Origin: Thermoleophilia bacterium
GTDB lineage: Bacteria > Actinomycetota > Thermoleophilia > RBG-16-64-13
Reading direction: 5' to 3'
Length of the DNA stretch: 64,000 nucleotides
NCBI GenBank assembly: GCA_040772905.1
Contig: JAXGXJ010000009.1
Location: 540 to 64,539, forward strand
Below, piece after piece: positions 28,015 to 37,749 of the stretch. The stretch's first letter is position 1, and every line of letters begins with the position of its first letter. A model generated the notes under the pieces. That model did not search any database. It saw nothing but the letters and a program-made list of their open reading frames with translations, and was not told where the DNA came from. A program made the translations under genes and the position numbers.

Positions 28015-29271
28015 ATGCCGCCAGAGTATTCGCACAGCAGATCTCGTTCATCCCGGGCGGCCGCTCGTCGAAGAGCCGCCAACCGGCGTCTGGGTCTCAT
28101 CGTGGTCACGGGCGTGGTGGCGTTCGCGGCCGGCTTCATCCTCCTGTGGTCGGGAGCCAGTTGGCTGCGTGGGGGAGCGGGTTTCCCCTGGGGTTCGTCC
28201 GACCCCGTGACGGCCGCGGCTTCCGGGCTGCAGGTGAAGAGCAGTTACACCATCGAGCCGCTGGTCGATCTGCGCGAGTTCCGCGATCTCTCCTACGTGC
28301 CGGTCAAAGGCGTCTACATGACCAGCTACGCGGCTGCGTCGTCGGAGATCCTCAACAACCTCATCGCCCTGGCCGACCGCACCGAGATCAACGCCTTCGT
28401 CATCGACGTCAAGGACGACCTGGGCATCGTGGCCTACGACGCCGACGTTGATCTGGCCAAGCAGGAAGGCCTCATCGAGAAGCGCATCAAGGACATCGAT
28501 GCGCTGGTGGCGAAGCTGCAGGAGCACGATATCGTCCCCATCGCCCGTGTGGTGTGTTTCAAGGACGACAGCCTGGCCACGAAACGCCCCGACCTGGCCG
28601 TCATGCACCAGAGCGGCGAGATCTGGGAGGATTTCAAAGGCCTGAGCTTCACCAACCCCTACAACCGTGAGGTGTGGGAGTACTTGGTGCAGGTGGCGGA
28701 AGATGCCGCCCGCCACGGTTTCCGCGAGATACAGTTCGACTATGTGCGCTTCCCCAGCGACGGCAAGATCTCCGAGGCCGTCTATCCGGGACAGAACTCC
28801 AGCAAAGAGGACGCTATCGCGGCTTTCCTGGCCTACGCGCGGCCACGTCTGGAGAAACTGGGCGTGTGGGTGTCGGCCGACGTCTTCGGCATCACCGTGA
28901 ATCCCAACAACGCCAAGGACTCGGCCACCATCGGCCAGAACGTGGAGAAGATCGCCAAGAACGTCGATATCGTGTGTGCCATGATCTATCCCTCGCACTA
29001 CGACACCGGTTCGTACGGCATCCAGAACCCCAACGCCAGTCCGTATGAGGTCATCACGGCGGCGTCGAAGGACACCAAGGCGAAGCTGGCCGGCACGGGA
29101 GCCATGGGGCGCCCCTGGCTGCAGGACTTCTCTCTGCGCGGCGTGGAATACGGCCAGGCGGAGGTCAAGGCGCAGATCAAGGCCGCCGAGGAGCAGGGCT
29201 TCACAGAATGGTTGCTCTGGGATCCTTCGCTCAAGTATGTGGAGAAGGCTCTGCGCAGCGCGGGCAGCTGA
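28015..29271 (+). CDS. membrane-anchored TIM-barrel glycoside-hydrolase-like protein (GHL/DUF4015-type)
   Basis: N-terminal TM segment; a domain of the kind usually annotated as putative glycosyl hydrolase. Divergent from the deacetylase gene. Confidence 0.5.
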   Translation: MPPEYSHSRSRSSRAAARRRAANRRLGLIVVTGVVAFAAGFILLWSGASWLRGGAGFPWGSSDPVTAAASGLQVKSSYTIEPLVDLREFRDLSYVPVKGVYMTSYAAASSEILNNLIALADRTEINAFVIDVKDDLGIVAYDADVDLAKQEGLIEKRIKDIDALVAKLQEHDIVPIARVVCFKDDSLATKRPDLAVMHQSGEIWEDFKGLSFTNPYNREVWEYLVQVAEDAARHGFREIQFDYVRFPSDGKISEAVYPGQNSSKEDAIAAFLAYARPRLEKLGVWVSADVFGITVNPNNAKDSATIGQNVEKIAKNVDIVCAMIYPSHYDTGSYGIQNPNASPYEVITAASKDTKAKLAGTGAMGRPWLQDFSLRGVEYGQAEVKAQIKAAEEQGFTEWLLWDPSLKYVEKALRSAGS

Positions 29272-29363
29272 CCTACCGGACCTTCTTCATAGTCATACAA
29301 CTGATAGAATAGGCCACTCGTCACGTCGGCGCGCCCGCGTGTGTGCGCTATCCGGGGGGTCAC

Positions 29364-29771
29364 ATGAGCATCCGGCAGCTGTCGGTATTCGTGGAGAACA
29401 GGCCCGGCCATCTGGCCGACGCTCTGGGCACCCTCGCCGACGGCGACGTCAACGTGATCTCCTTCACGATCGCCGACACCACCGATTACGGCATCCTGCG
29501 CCTCATCGTCGATAGGACCGATCGGGCCAAAGGTCTGCTGGCTGCCGCCGACTACGCCGTGGTCGAGAACCCCGTGGTCTGCGTGCAGGTGCCCGATCGT
29601 CCCGGAGCCCTGGCAGGCATAGCCCGGGTGGTGGCGGAGTCCAGCATCGACATCGACTACATCTACCTGGGAGCGCACGACTCGCTGCTGCTCAAAGCCG
29701 AGGAGCATGAAAAGCTGGAGAGGCTCCTCAAGAGCGCCGGCTTTGCCGTCCTCGGTGCCGATGACATCTAG
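29364..29771 (+). CDS. tandem ACT-domain protein
   Basis: Two about-65-aa ACT-like repeats (SVFVENRPGHLADALG... and VQVPDRPGALAGIARV...). Confidence 0.65.
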   Translation: MSIRQLSVFVENRPGHLADALGTLADGDVNVISFTIADTTDYGILRLIVDRTDRAKGLLAAADYAVVENPVVCVQVPDRPGALAGIARVVAESSIDIDYIYLGAHDSLLLKAEEHEKLERLLKSAGFAVLGADDI

Positions 29772-29888
29772 CCGCGTGGGAATGCCATCCAGCGTGGGTA
29801 GGCCGGTGCCTTCGGTCGCCGGCGTACTGTGCGGCTGGGTCGCGGCCGTCGCGTGTGGCTGGGAGGCCTGTCGTGCGGGGGGGCGGTC

Positions 29889-30767
29889 GTGAGTCTAGAC
29901 CAGTTCCTCCAGTACATCTTCAGCGGCATCACCAACGGCAGCATCTATGCGCTCACGGCGCTGGGTTTCACCCTGGTCTTCAATGCTACGCAGATCATCA
30001 ACTTCGCCCAGGGCCAGATGGTCATGCTGGGCGGACTCGTGGCGGTGAGCCTGCATGGGGCTGGCCTGCCGTTGTGGGCCTGCTTCGTGGGCTCGGTCAT
30101 CGTGGTGATGGTGATCAGCGTCGGCCTGGAGCAGGTGGCTATCCGGCCCCTGCTGGGCAAGGGAGTGCTCGCGCAGATCATCGCCACGGTGGGCGCGGCC
30201 TTCGTCTTCGAGACCGCGGCCATGCTCATCTGGGGTCGCGAGGCGCTGGCGTTGCCGCCCTTCACCGGTGACACGCCCATCGCCGTGGGCGGTGCTTCAC
30301 TCCTGCCGCAGACACTGTGGGTTCTGGGACTCACCGTGGTCATCGTGGGGGCGTTGCAGTTCTTCTACCGCAAGAGCCTGTTCGGGAAGGCGGTACGGGC
30401 CTGCGCCGTCAACCCGTCGGCCGCGCGTCTGCAGGGCATCTCGTACCAGAGAGTGGTGCTGTTCAGTTTCGCGCTGAGCGGCGCTATCGCGGCCGCCGCC
30501 GGGGTGATGATCACCCCCATCAGTTTCATGGGCTACGCCTCGGGGACCCTGCTGAGTCTCAAGGGCTTCGCCGCCGCCGCCCTGGGGGGTATGGGCAATC
30601 CCATCGGCGCGGTGGTGGGCGGTTTCATCCTGGGCATCCTGGAAGCGCTGGGAGTAGGCGTGGTATCCGCCGGTTACAAGGACGCCATCGCCTTCGTCAT
30701 CCTGCTGCTGGTGCTCTTCCTGCGCCCCGCCGGGCTGTTGGGAGCCAAGGTGGTGACGCGGCAATGA
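29889..30767 (+). CDS. livH: branched-chain amino acid ABC transporter permease
   Basis: LivH-type N-terminus (LQYIFSGITNGSIYALTALGFTLVFNAT). GTG start. Confidence 0.85.
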   Translation: MSLDQFLQYIFSGITNGSIYALTALGFTLVFNATQIINFAQGQMVMLGGLVAVSLHGAGLPLWACFVGSVIVVMVISVGLEQVAIRPLLGKGVLAQIIATVGAAFVFETAAMLIWGREALALPPFTGDTPIAVGGASLLPQTLWVLGLTVVIVGALQFFYRKSLFGKAVRACAVNPSAARLQGISYQRVVLFSFALSGAIAAAAGVMITPISFMGYASGTLLSLKGFAAAALGGMGNPIGAVVGGFILGILEALGVGVVSAGYKDAIAFVILLLVLFLRPAGLLGAKVVTRQ

Positions 30768-31792
30768 GCGACGTGACGCAGGCCGTCAACCAGTTCGCCC
30801 GTCGTCACGCAGGCTTCCTGGTGTTCGCCGTGGTGGTGATGACCATCCCCGCGTATCTGGGCGACGCCTACTACCTGTCGGTGTTGGCCTTCATGGCCAC
30901 GCGCTTCATGATGGCTCTGGGGCTCAGCATGTTGCTGGGCCAGGCGGGACAGGTGTCGCTGGGTCAGGCGGGCTTCGTGGGCATCGGGGCGTACGGCGCC
31001 GCCATCCTCACCACCAGGCTGGGGTTCGACCCCTGGCTCTCCATGGGGTTGGCTGCGCTGCTGGCGGCGTTCATCGCGGGTCTGGTGGGCATGCCCACCC
31101 TGAAGCTCAAAGGCCATTACTTGGCCATGGCCACCCTGGGCGTCAACGAGATCATCTACATCCTGCTGGTGCAGTTGAAGGGACTCACCAACGGTACCGA
31201 CGGCATCACCGGCATCCCCTCGCTGAGCATCGGCGCCCTGGACTTCAGCGGTCCCAAGGCCTATCACCTGCTGGTGTGGGGGGTTGCCCTCCTGATGCTC
31301 CGCTTCGCCCTGAACCTCTCGCGCTCGCGCGTGGGGCGATCGTTGCGGGCGCTCCACAGTTCCGAGCCGGCGGCTGAGTCGCTGGGTGTGCACACGTCGT
31401 ACCGCAAGGTGCAGGTGTTCATGCTCGCGGCGGTCTTCGCCAGCATCGCGGGCAGCTTCGACGCCTACTACGTGCACTACATCAGCCCCGACGGCTACAG
31501 CATCACCTTCTCCATCATCTTGGTGACCGGCGTGATCATCGGCGGATTGGGCACCATCTGGGGTGCGTTTTGGGGGACGGTGGCCATCGTGGTCTTGCCT
31601 GAGCTCTTGAAGCGGGTGAACGAGGATGTCACCAACCTGGTGTTCGGTGTGCTGCTGATCGCCATCATGATCCTTTGGCAGGGACGGAGCCGTGGGCTGG
31701 GGACCCGCATCCGCGAGTGGCGCAAGACGCGCACCGGTACGGGCGGGGCTTCCGACGGCCCTGCGTCCGACTCCCTGGGCGGGGGTGACTGA
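30764..31792 (+). CDS. livM: branched-chain amino acid ABC transporter permease
   Basis: LivM-like polytopic permease; ATGA overlap with livH. Confidence 0.85.
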   Translation: MSDVTQAVNQFARRHAGFLVFAVVVMTIPAYLGDAYYLSVLAFMATRFMMALGLSMLLGQAGQVSLGQAGFVGIGAYGAAILTTRLGFDPWLSMGLAALLAAFIAGLVGMPTLKLKGHYLAMATLGVNEIIYILLVQLKGLTNGTDGITGIPSLSIGALDFSGPKAYHLLVWGVALLMLRFALNLSRSRVGRSLRALHSSEPAAESLGVHTSYRKVQVFMLAAVFASIAGSFDAYYVHYISPDGYSITFSIILVTGVIIGGLGTIWGAFWGTVAIVVLPELLKRVNEDVTNLVFGVLLIAIMILWQGRSRGLGTRIREWRKTRTGTGGASDGPASDSLGGGD

Positions 31793-31794
31793 CC

Positions 31795-32559
31795 ATGGCG
31801 TTGCTCAGGATAGAGGAGGTCAGCAAACGCTTCGGCGGTCTGGATGCCTTGCAGGAGGTGACGTTCTCGGTATATGAGGGCCAGATCAAAGCCCTTATCG
31901 GACCCAACGGCGCCGGCAAGACCACCCTCTTCAATCTCATCTCGGGTTCGTACCGTCCCACGCAGGGGCGGGTGGTCTTCGACGGCATCGAACTCACCGG
32001 CAAGGCGCCGCACAGCATCTGTCGCCTGGGTGTAGCCCGTACCTTCCAGCACAGCCTGGTGTTCGACGACATGAGCCTGGTGGAGAATGTGGTGGTGGGC
32101 AGGCACAGCCGCACCCGGGCAGGGGTGCTCTCGGCGGCGCTCACGTTCCCTCGTCATCGCGCCGAGGAGCGTGAGGCGTTCAAGGCGGCACACGAGGTGC
32201 TGCGCAGGCTGGGCCTGGACGACCGGGCCGACGAACTCGCCGGCAACATGCCCATGGGCGAGCGGCACCTGCTCGAGATGGCACGTGCGCTGGCGGCCGA
32301 GCCGCGCCTGCTGCTTCTGGACGAGCCCGCGGCCGGGCTCAACGACGAGGAGACCGCTCGTTTGGCCGAGACCGTGCGACGCATCCGCGCCGACGGGGTG
32401 ACGGTGCTGTTGGTGGAACACGATATGGCCTTCGTCATGGACATATCGGATGAGGTGGTGGTGTTGGACTATGGTCGCAAGATCGCAGAAGGGCCGCCAC
32501 TCATGATCATGGAGAACGAGGAAGTCATCAAAGCGTATCTGGGGGAGGAGTTGGGTTGA
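31795..32559 (+). CDS. livG: branched-chain amino acid ABC transporter ATP-binding protein
   Basis: Walker A GPNGAGKTT, ABC signature, LivG-type C-terminal extension. Confidence 0.85.
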   Translation: MALLRIEEVSKRFGGLDALQEVTFSVYEGQIKALIGPNGAGKTTLFNLISGSYRPTQGRVVFDGIELTGKAPHSICRLGVARTFQHSLVFDDMSLVENVVVGRHSRTRAGVLSAALTFPRHRAEEREAFKAAHEVLRRLGLDDRADELAGNMPMGERHLLEMARALAAEPRLLLLDEPAAGLNDEETARLAETVRRIRADGVTVLLVEHDMAFVMDISDEVVVLDYGRKIAEGPPLMIMENEEVIKAYLGEELG

Positions 32560-32603
32560 TGAGAAGGACAGGGACAGGGCTACGTACACGCGAGAGAGGA
32601 AGT

Positions 32604-33836
32604 GCCATGAAGATCGTATCGAACGGCAAGTGGGCAGGTCTGCTCCTGGTGTGCATGCTTCTCGTGCTGTCGGCCGCCTTCGCCGTCGCCTGTGGCGGCG
32701 ATGACGAGACCACGGCCACGACGACGAGTGGCGCCACGGGCGGGGGCACGGCTCCCAGCGGCGACCCGGTGGTCATCGGGGCCATCGTTTCGGCTACGGG
32801 CCCGGGTTCGGCTCTGGGTGAGCAGGAGCGCAACGTCCTCCAGATGATGGAGGAGCAGGTCAACGCCCGCGGAGGCGTGCTGGGGCGTCCGGTGAAGATC
32901 GTCATCGAGGACGACAAGAGCGATCCCAAAGAAGCCGTCACCGCCGCCAACCGGCTCATCCAGCAGGAGAAGGCCGTGGCTCTCATCGCGGCCACCATCT
33001 CCTCGTCCACCTTGGCGGTGAAGGAGATCGCGGCCCAGAAGGGGCTGCCGCAGATGGCCATGGCCGCCGCCAACGACATCACCGACAAAGCACCGACGGA
33101 GTGGATCTGGCGCACGCCGCACAAAGACGCCCTTGCCGCCGCCCGCGCCCTCACCTATGTGGCCGAGACGCTGCAGGCCAAGAAGGTGGCGGTGCTTCAC
33201 GACGAGAACGCGTTCGGTTCGTCCGGCAACGCTGAGATCCAGAAGAGCGCGCCCAGCCTGGGTCTGGAGATCGTGGCCGCCGAATCGTACAAGACCAACG
33301 ACACCGATCTGACCGCCCAGCTGACCAAGATCAAAGGCGCCGCGCCTGAGGTCATCATCGTGTGGGGCACGAACCCTGGGCCCGCGCTGGCGGCCAAGAA
33401 CATGAAGCAGTTGGGCATGGACATCCCTTACGTGGGCAGCCACGGCATCGCCAACAAGACCTTCATCGAGCTGGCCGCCGATGCGGCTGAGGGCGTCGTG
33501 TTCCCCGCCGGCAGGTTGCTGGTGCCCAGCTCCATCACCGATCCCAAGCAGAAGGAAGTCACGCAGGCGTTCATCGACACCTACCAGGCCAAGTACGGTT
33601 CGCCGCCCAACACCTTCGCGGGCTACGCGTTCGAGGCTGTGGAACTGTTGGCGGCCGCCATCGAGAAGGCCGGCAGCACCGAGCCGACGGCCATCCAGAG
33701 CGCGCTCAACTCCATCCAGGGCTTCGTGATGCCCGATGGGACCTACAACTACAGTGCCACCGACCATGACGGCCTGGTGGCCGGCGACATGATCATGGTG
33801 AAGATCCAGGGCGGCACCTGGGTCCTGGCCGAATAG
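32604..33836 (+). CDS. livK: branched-chain amino acid ABC transporter substrate-binding lipoprotein
   Basis: Signal peptide with lipobox AVACGG; periplasmic binding protein type I fold (VIGAIVSATGPGSALGE). Confidence 0.8.
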   Translation, partial: AMKIVSNGKWAGLLLVCMLLVLSAAFAVACGGDDETTATTTSGATGGGTAPSGDPVVIGAIVSATGPGSALGEQERNVLQMMEEQVNARGGVLGRPVKIVIEDDKSDPKEAVTAANRLIQQEKAVALIAATISSSTLAVKEIAAQKGLPQMAMAAANDITDKAPTEWIWRTPHKDALAAARALTYVAETLQAKKVAVLHDENAFGSSGNAEIQKSAPSLGLEIVAAESYKTNDTDLTAQLTKIKGAAPEVIIVWGTNPGPALAAKNMKQLGMDIPYVGSHGIANKTFIELAADAAEGVVFPAGRLLVPSSITDPKQKEVTQAFIDTYQAKYGSPPNTFAGYAFEAVELLAAAIEKAGSTEPTAIQSALNSIQGFVMPDGTYNYSATDHDGLVAGDMIMVKIQGGTWVLAE

Positions 33837-33848
33837 CCGGGAGGCATC

Positions 33849-34592
33849 TTGCTGCAGCTGTCCGGAGTCTCGGCGGGCTACGGTAGGGTCGAGGTCTTGC
33901 ACGACCTCGACCTCACCGTCGAAGAGGGCGAGATAGTCACTGTTATCGGTGCCAACGGGGCCGGCAAGAGCACGCTGCTCAAGGTCGTCTCGGGGCTGGT
34001 GCGCGCGGCGAAGGGCAGCGTGACCTTCGCCGGAGAGCGCATCGATCGGCTGGGTGTGGAGGGCATCGTCTCGCGCGGGCTCATCCAGATCCCGGAGGGG
34101 CGCCAACTCTTCGGTCCGCTCAGTGTGGCTGAGAACCTGGAGTTGGGCACGTACGCACGCCGTCGCGGCGGCCGGCCCGTGAGCGAGCGCTTGGCGCACG
34201 TGCTGAGTCTGTTCCCTCGTTTGGAGGAGCGCATGACGCAGCAGGCGGGCACTCTCTCAGGCGGGGAGCAGCAGATGCTGGCCGTCGCTCGAGCGCTCAT
34301 GGCCGAGCCGCGACTCTTGCTCCTGGACGAGCCCTCCATGGGACTGGCCCCCATCGTGGTCAAGGACATCTTCACCACCCTGCGGCAGCTCAACGCCGAG
34401 GGGCTCACCATGGTGTTGGTAGAGCAGGATGCCCGCATCGCCCTGAGCCTGGCCCATCGCGGCCTGGTGATGGAGCGGGGGAGGATCGTGCTGACCGGGG
34501 AGGCGCAGGCCTTGCTGGATGATCCTGAGGTACAGTCCATCTACTTCGGACAGCGCAGGTCTGGTGTCAAGGCGAGCATGGAGACATCATGA
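33849..34592 (+). CDS. livF: branched-chain amino acid ABC transporter ATP-binding protein
   Basis: Walker A GANGAGKST, ABC signature LSGGEQQML. TTG start. Confidence 0.85.
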   Translation: MLQLSGVSAGYGRVEVLHDLDLTVEEGEIVTVIGANGAGKSTLLKVVSGLVRAAKGSVTFAGERIDRLGVEGIVSRGLIQIPEGRQLFGPLSVAENLELGTYARRRGGRPVSERLAHVLSLFPRLEERMTQQAGTLSGGEQQMLAVARALMAEPRLLLLDEPSMGLAPIVVKDIFTTLRQLNAEGLTMVLVEQDARIALSLAHRGLVMERGRIVLTGEAQALLDDPEVQSIYFGQRRSGVKASMETS

Positions 34593-35887
34593 ACGACATC
34601 TGGAACCACGAGTACGAGACCATGCGCAGGGACGAACTGCGTGAGTTGCAGTTCAAACGACTGCAGATGTCGTTGCGCTGGGCCTACGACAACGTCCCCT
34701 TTCATCGCGACCGCTGGCAGGCGCTCAAGCTCAAGCCCAGCGACATCCGCTCGCTCGAAGATCTCGCGAAGGTGCCCTTCAGTCAGAAGGGCGACTTCAA
34801 GGCAGCCTATCCCTACGGACTCTTCGCGCTGCCTTTGGAGAAGGTGCTGCGCATCCACGCCTCGTCGGGGACCACGTCCAACCCCACGGTGGTGGGATAC
34901 AGCCGCGGTGATCTCAACACCTGGTCGGAGTTGTGCGCCCGCGTGGCTGTGGCGGGCGGGGCGCGGGATCACGACGTGGCCCAGATCACGTTCGGCTATG
35001 GTTTGTTGACGGGCGGCCACGGCATGCAGGCCGGCCTCGAGCGCATCGGCGCCACCGTCATACCGGCATCCACGGGCAACACGCAGCGCCAATTGCACAT
35101 CATGCGCGACTTCAAGACCACAGTGCTGGTGGGTGTGCCCTCGTACGCCCTCCACCTGGCGGAGTCAGCCCCGAAATACGGCTACGACTTCGAAGAGCTC
35201 GCGCTTCGCGTGGGACTGTTCGGTTCCGAGCCCTGGACCAACCAGACGCGGGCGGACATCGAGCAGCGGCTGGGCCTCTCGGCCACCGATATCTACGGGG
35301 TGTCGGAGGTCATCGGTCCGGGCATCTCGTACGAGTGTTGGAACAAGGATGGGCTGCACATCAACGAAGACCACTTCTTGGTGGAGGTCATCGACCCCAA
35401 GACGGGCGAGCCGGTGCCCGAGGGCAAGGAGGGCGAGTTGGTGTTCACCTCGCTCACCAAGGAGGCGCTGCCCGTGGTCCGCTATCGCACCGGCGACCTG
35501 GCCAGCGTCAGCTACCGAGCCTGCGTGTGCGGGCGGGTCTTCGCACGCCACAGCAAGGTGTATGCTCGCACCGACGACATGCTCATCATCGGGGGCATCA
35601 ACGTATACCCGTGGCAGATCGAGGCGGTGCTCGCGGAGATAGAGGGCGTGGAGCCGCATTACCAGATCGTGGTGGCCCGTCGCGGGGCTCTGGACGAGAT
35701 CGAGATACTGATCGAGGTGGAGCCGTCGTTCCTGCCCGATGCGGTGAAGAAGCTCATGGGGTTCCAGGAACACGTGGAGGAACGGCTGCGCCAGGAACTG
35801 GGCATCCGTCCGCGGGTGCGTCTGGTGGAGCCACGGACGATCCCCCGGCAGGTCGGGCGCTGCGTGGTCGACAGGCGTGGTATCTGA
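34589..35887 (+). CDS. paaK: phenylacetate-CoA ligase family protein (PaaK-like adenylate-forming enzyme)
   Basis: PaaK-type N-terminus (ELRELQFKRLQ...), AMP-binding motif SSGTTSNPTVV. Confidence 0.75.
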   Translation: MNDIWNHEYETMRRDELRELQFKRLQMSLRWAYDNVPFHRDRWQALKLKPSDIRSLEDLAKVPFSQKGDFKAAYPYGLFALPLEKVLRIHASSGTTSNPTVVGYSRGDLNTWSELCARVAVAGGARDHDVAQITFGYGLLTGGHGMQAGLERIGATVIPASTGNTQRQLHIMRDFKTTVLVGVPSYALHLAESAPKYGYDFEELALRVGLFGSEPWTNQTRADIEQRLGLSATDIYGVSEVIGPGISYECWNKDGLHINEDHFLVEVIDPKTGEPVPEGKEGELVFTSLTKEALPVVRYRTGDLASVSYRACVCGRVFARHSKVYARTDDMLIIGGINVYPWQIEAVLAEIEGVEPHYQIVVARRGALDEIEILIEVEPSFLPDAVKKLMGFQEHVEERLRQELGIRPRVRLVEPRTIPRQVGRCVVDRRGI

Positions 35888-35974
35888 GGGTGAGTGTGAA
35901 CCGTGGACGCCCGGCGGACGTCGGGCGGGCGGAGAGATATCGTGACAAGTGAAGGACGACTGACGGAGGACAGG

Positions 35975-36376
35975 ATGAGTCTTGAACCGGGCGTGAGCGC
36001 AAGAGTCAAGGGCGTGGTAACGGCCGACTTGACAGCCCTGAGCCAAGGATCGGGCGATGTCGAGGGTCTGGCCACCCCCGTCATGGTGCGGATGATGGAA
36101 GCGGCGGCCATCAAGGCGCTGGAGGGCCAGTTGACTACCGGCATGACCAGCGTGGGTACCCGCGTCGACATCACTCACGTCGCCCCCACCCCGGTGGGCA
36201 TGGAGGTGACCGCCCAGGCGACGCTCGTGGAGATCGAGGGACGGATGCTGGTGTTCGCGGTATCGGCTGAGGATCAGAGCGGGGTCATCGGCAAGGGCAC
36301 ACACCAGCGCGTGATCGTCGACAAGGAGAACTTCTCCGGCCGCATCCAGGCCCGTTGGACCGCGGGCCAGGCATAG
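35975..36376 (+). CDS. hotdog-fold acyl-CoA thioesterase
   Basis: About 130-aa 4HBT/hotdog-like protein (Asp, His and Glu residues present; catalytic role unassigned). Confidence 0.55.
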   Translation: MSLEPGVSARVKGVVTADLTALSQGSGDVEGLATPVMVRMMEAAAIKALEGQLTTGMTSVGTRVDITHVAPTPVGMEVTAQATLVEIEGRMLVFAVSAEDQSGVIGKGTHQRVIVDKENFSGRIQARWTAGQA

Positions 36377-36469
36377 GGCGGGGGGTGTCTGCTACACTGG
36401 CCGGGCGACCGCCGGCGGCCTCAGGGGCTGTCAGGCGGGTCTGCGCGCGTAATCATCCAGGAGGTATCT

Positions 36470-37681
36470 GTGGAGAACCATGATTTTCTGTTCACGTCCG
36501 AGTCGGTGAGTGAGGGCCATCCCGATAAGATCGCCGATCAGATCTCGGACGCCGTGCTGGACGCGGTACTGAGGGACGACCCTCAGGGACACGTGGCCTG
36601 CGAGACCCTGGTCACCACCGGCATGGTCGTCGTCTCGGGCGAGATCACCACCGATACCTATGTGGATGTCACCAGCATCGCGCGCAAGACCATCGCACGC
36701 ATCGGATACACGCGGGCCAAGTACGGCTTCGATGCCTACACCTGCGGCGTGATCACCTCCATCCACGAGCAGTCCCCCGACATCGCCCAAGGTGTGCGCG
36801 CTGCCTTGGAGTTCCGCACCGACCTGAGCGACGGCGACATCCTCGACAGCCAGGGTGCGGGCGACCAAGGCATGATGTTCGGCTATGCGTGCCGCGACAC
36901 CGACGAACTCATGCCCATGCCCATCTCGTTGGCGCATCGGCTGGTGCATCGGATGAGCCAGGTGCGCAAGGGCGAAGTGCTCAAGTACCTGCGTCCCGAC
37001 GGCAAGAGCCAGGTGACGGTGCAGTATTCGGGCGGCAAGCCCCAGTGGATCACCGCGGTGGTTCTCTCCAGCCAGCACAAGGACGGCATCGAGATCGACA
37101 CCCTCATGCGGCCCGATCTCATCGAGCACGTCATCCGTCCCGTGCTACCCGAGGGGCTGTACGATCCCGAGTTCAAGAAGACCAAGCTCTACGTGAACCC
37201 CACCGGGAAGTTCGTCATCGGCGGGCCGATGGGTGACACCGGTGTCACCGGCCGTAAGATCATCGTCGACACGTACGGCGGCTTCGGTCGTCACGGCGGC
37301 GGCGCTTTCTCCGGCAAAGACCCGTCGAAGGTAGACCGTTCCGCGGCGTATGCTGCGCGTTACGTGGCCAAGAACATCGTGGCCGCCGGCTTGGCCGACC
37401 GCTGCGAAGTGCAGTTGGCCTACGCGATCGGTGTGGCGCGTCCGGTGAGCGTGATGGTGGAGTGCTTCGGCACCGAGAAGATCAGCCCCCAGGTCATCAC
37501 CGAACTGGTGCAGAGCCACTTCGACCTGCGCCCGGCGGCCATCATCCGCGACTTGAACCTCTTGCGCCCCATCTATGAGAAGACGGCGGCCTACGGTCAC
37601 TTCGGTCGTGAAGACGCCGATTTCACGTGGGAGCGCACCGACAAGGCCGAGCAGTTGCGTAAGGACGCCGGCCTGAGCTAG
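36470..37681 (+). CDS. metK: S-adenosylmethionine synthetase
   Basis: [48 protein letters not shown] motifs. Confidence 0.95.
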   Translation: MENHDFLFTSESVSEGHPDKIADQISDAVLDAVLRDDPQGHVACETLVTTGMVVVSGEITTDTYVDVTSIARKTIARIGYTRAKYGFDAYTCGVITSIHEQSPDIAQGVRAALEFRTDLSDGDILDSQGAGDQGMMFGYACRDTDELMPMPISLAHRLVHRMSQVRKGEVLKYLRPDGKSQVTVQYSGGKPQWITAVVLSSQHKDGIEIDTLMRPDLIEHVIRPVLPEGLYDPEFKKTKLYVNPTGKFVIGGPMGDTGVTGRKIIVDTYGGFGRHGGGAFSGKDPSKVDRSAAYAARYVAKNIVAAGLADRCEVQLAYAIGVARPVSVMVECFGTEKISPQVITELVQSHFDLRPAAIIRDLNLLRPIYEKTAAYGHFGREDADFTWERTDKAEQLRKDAGLS

Positions 37682-37749
37682 TCCTTGGGGGCGCGGGCGC
37701 CGAGGCGAGCCTCGGCGCCCGCGCCCGTCATCACCCACAGGAGGCAGTC

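Noticed and set aside
36377-36469. Possible SAM riboswitch upstream of metK
   Set aside because: The spacer is only about 90 nt, and neither SAM-I nor SAM-IV conserved cores could be recognised by eye. A covariance-model scan would be needed to revisit.
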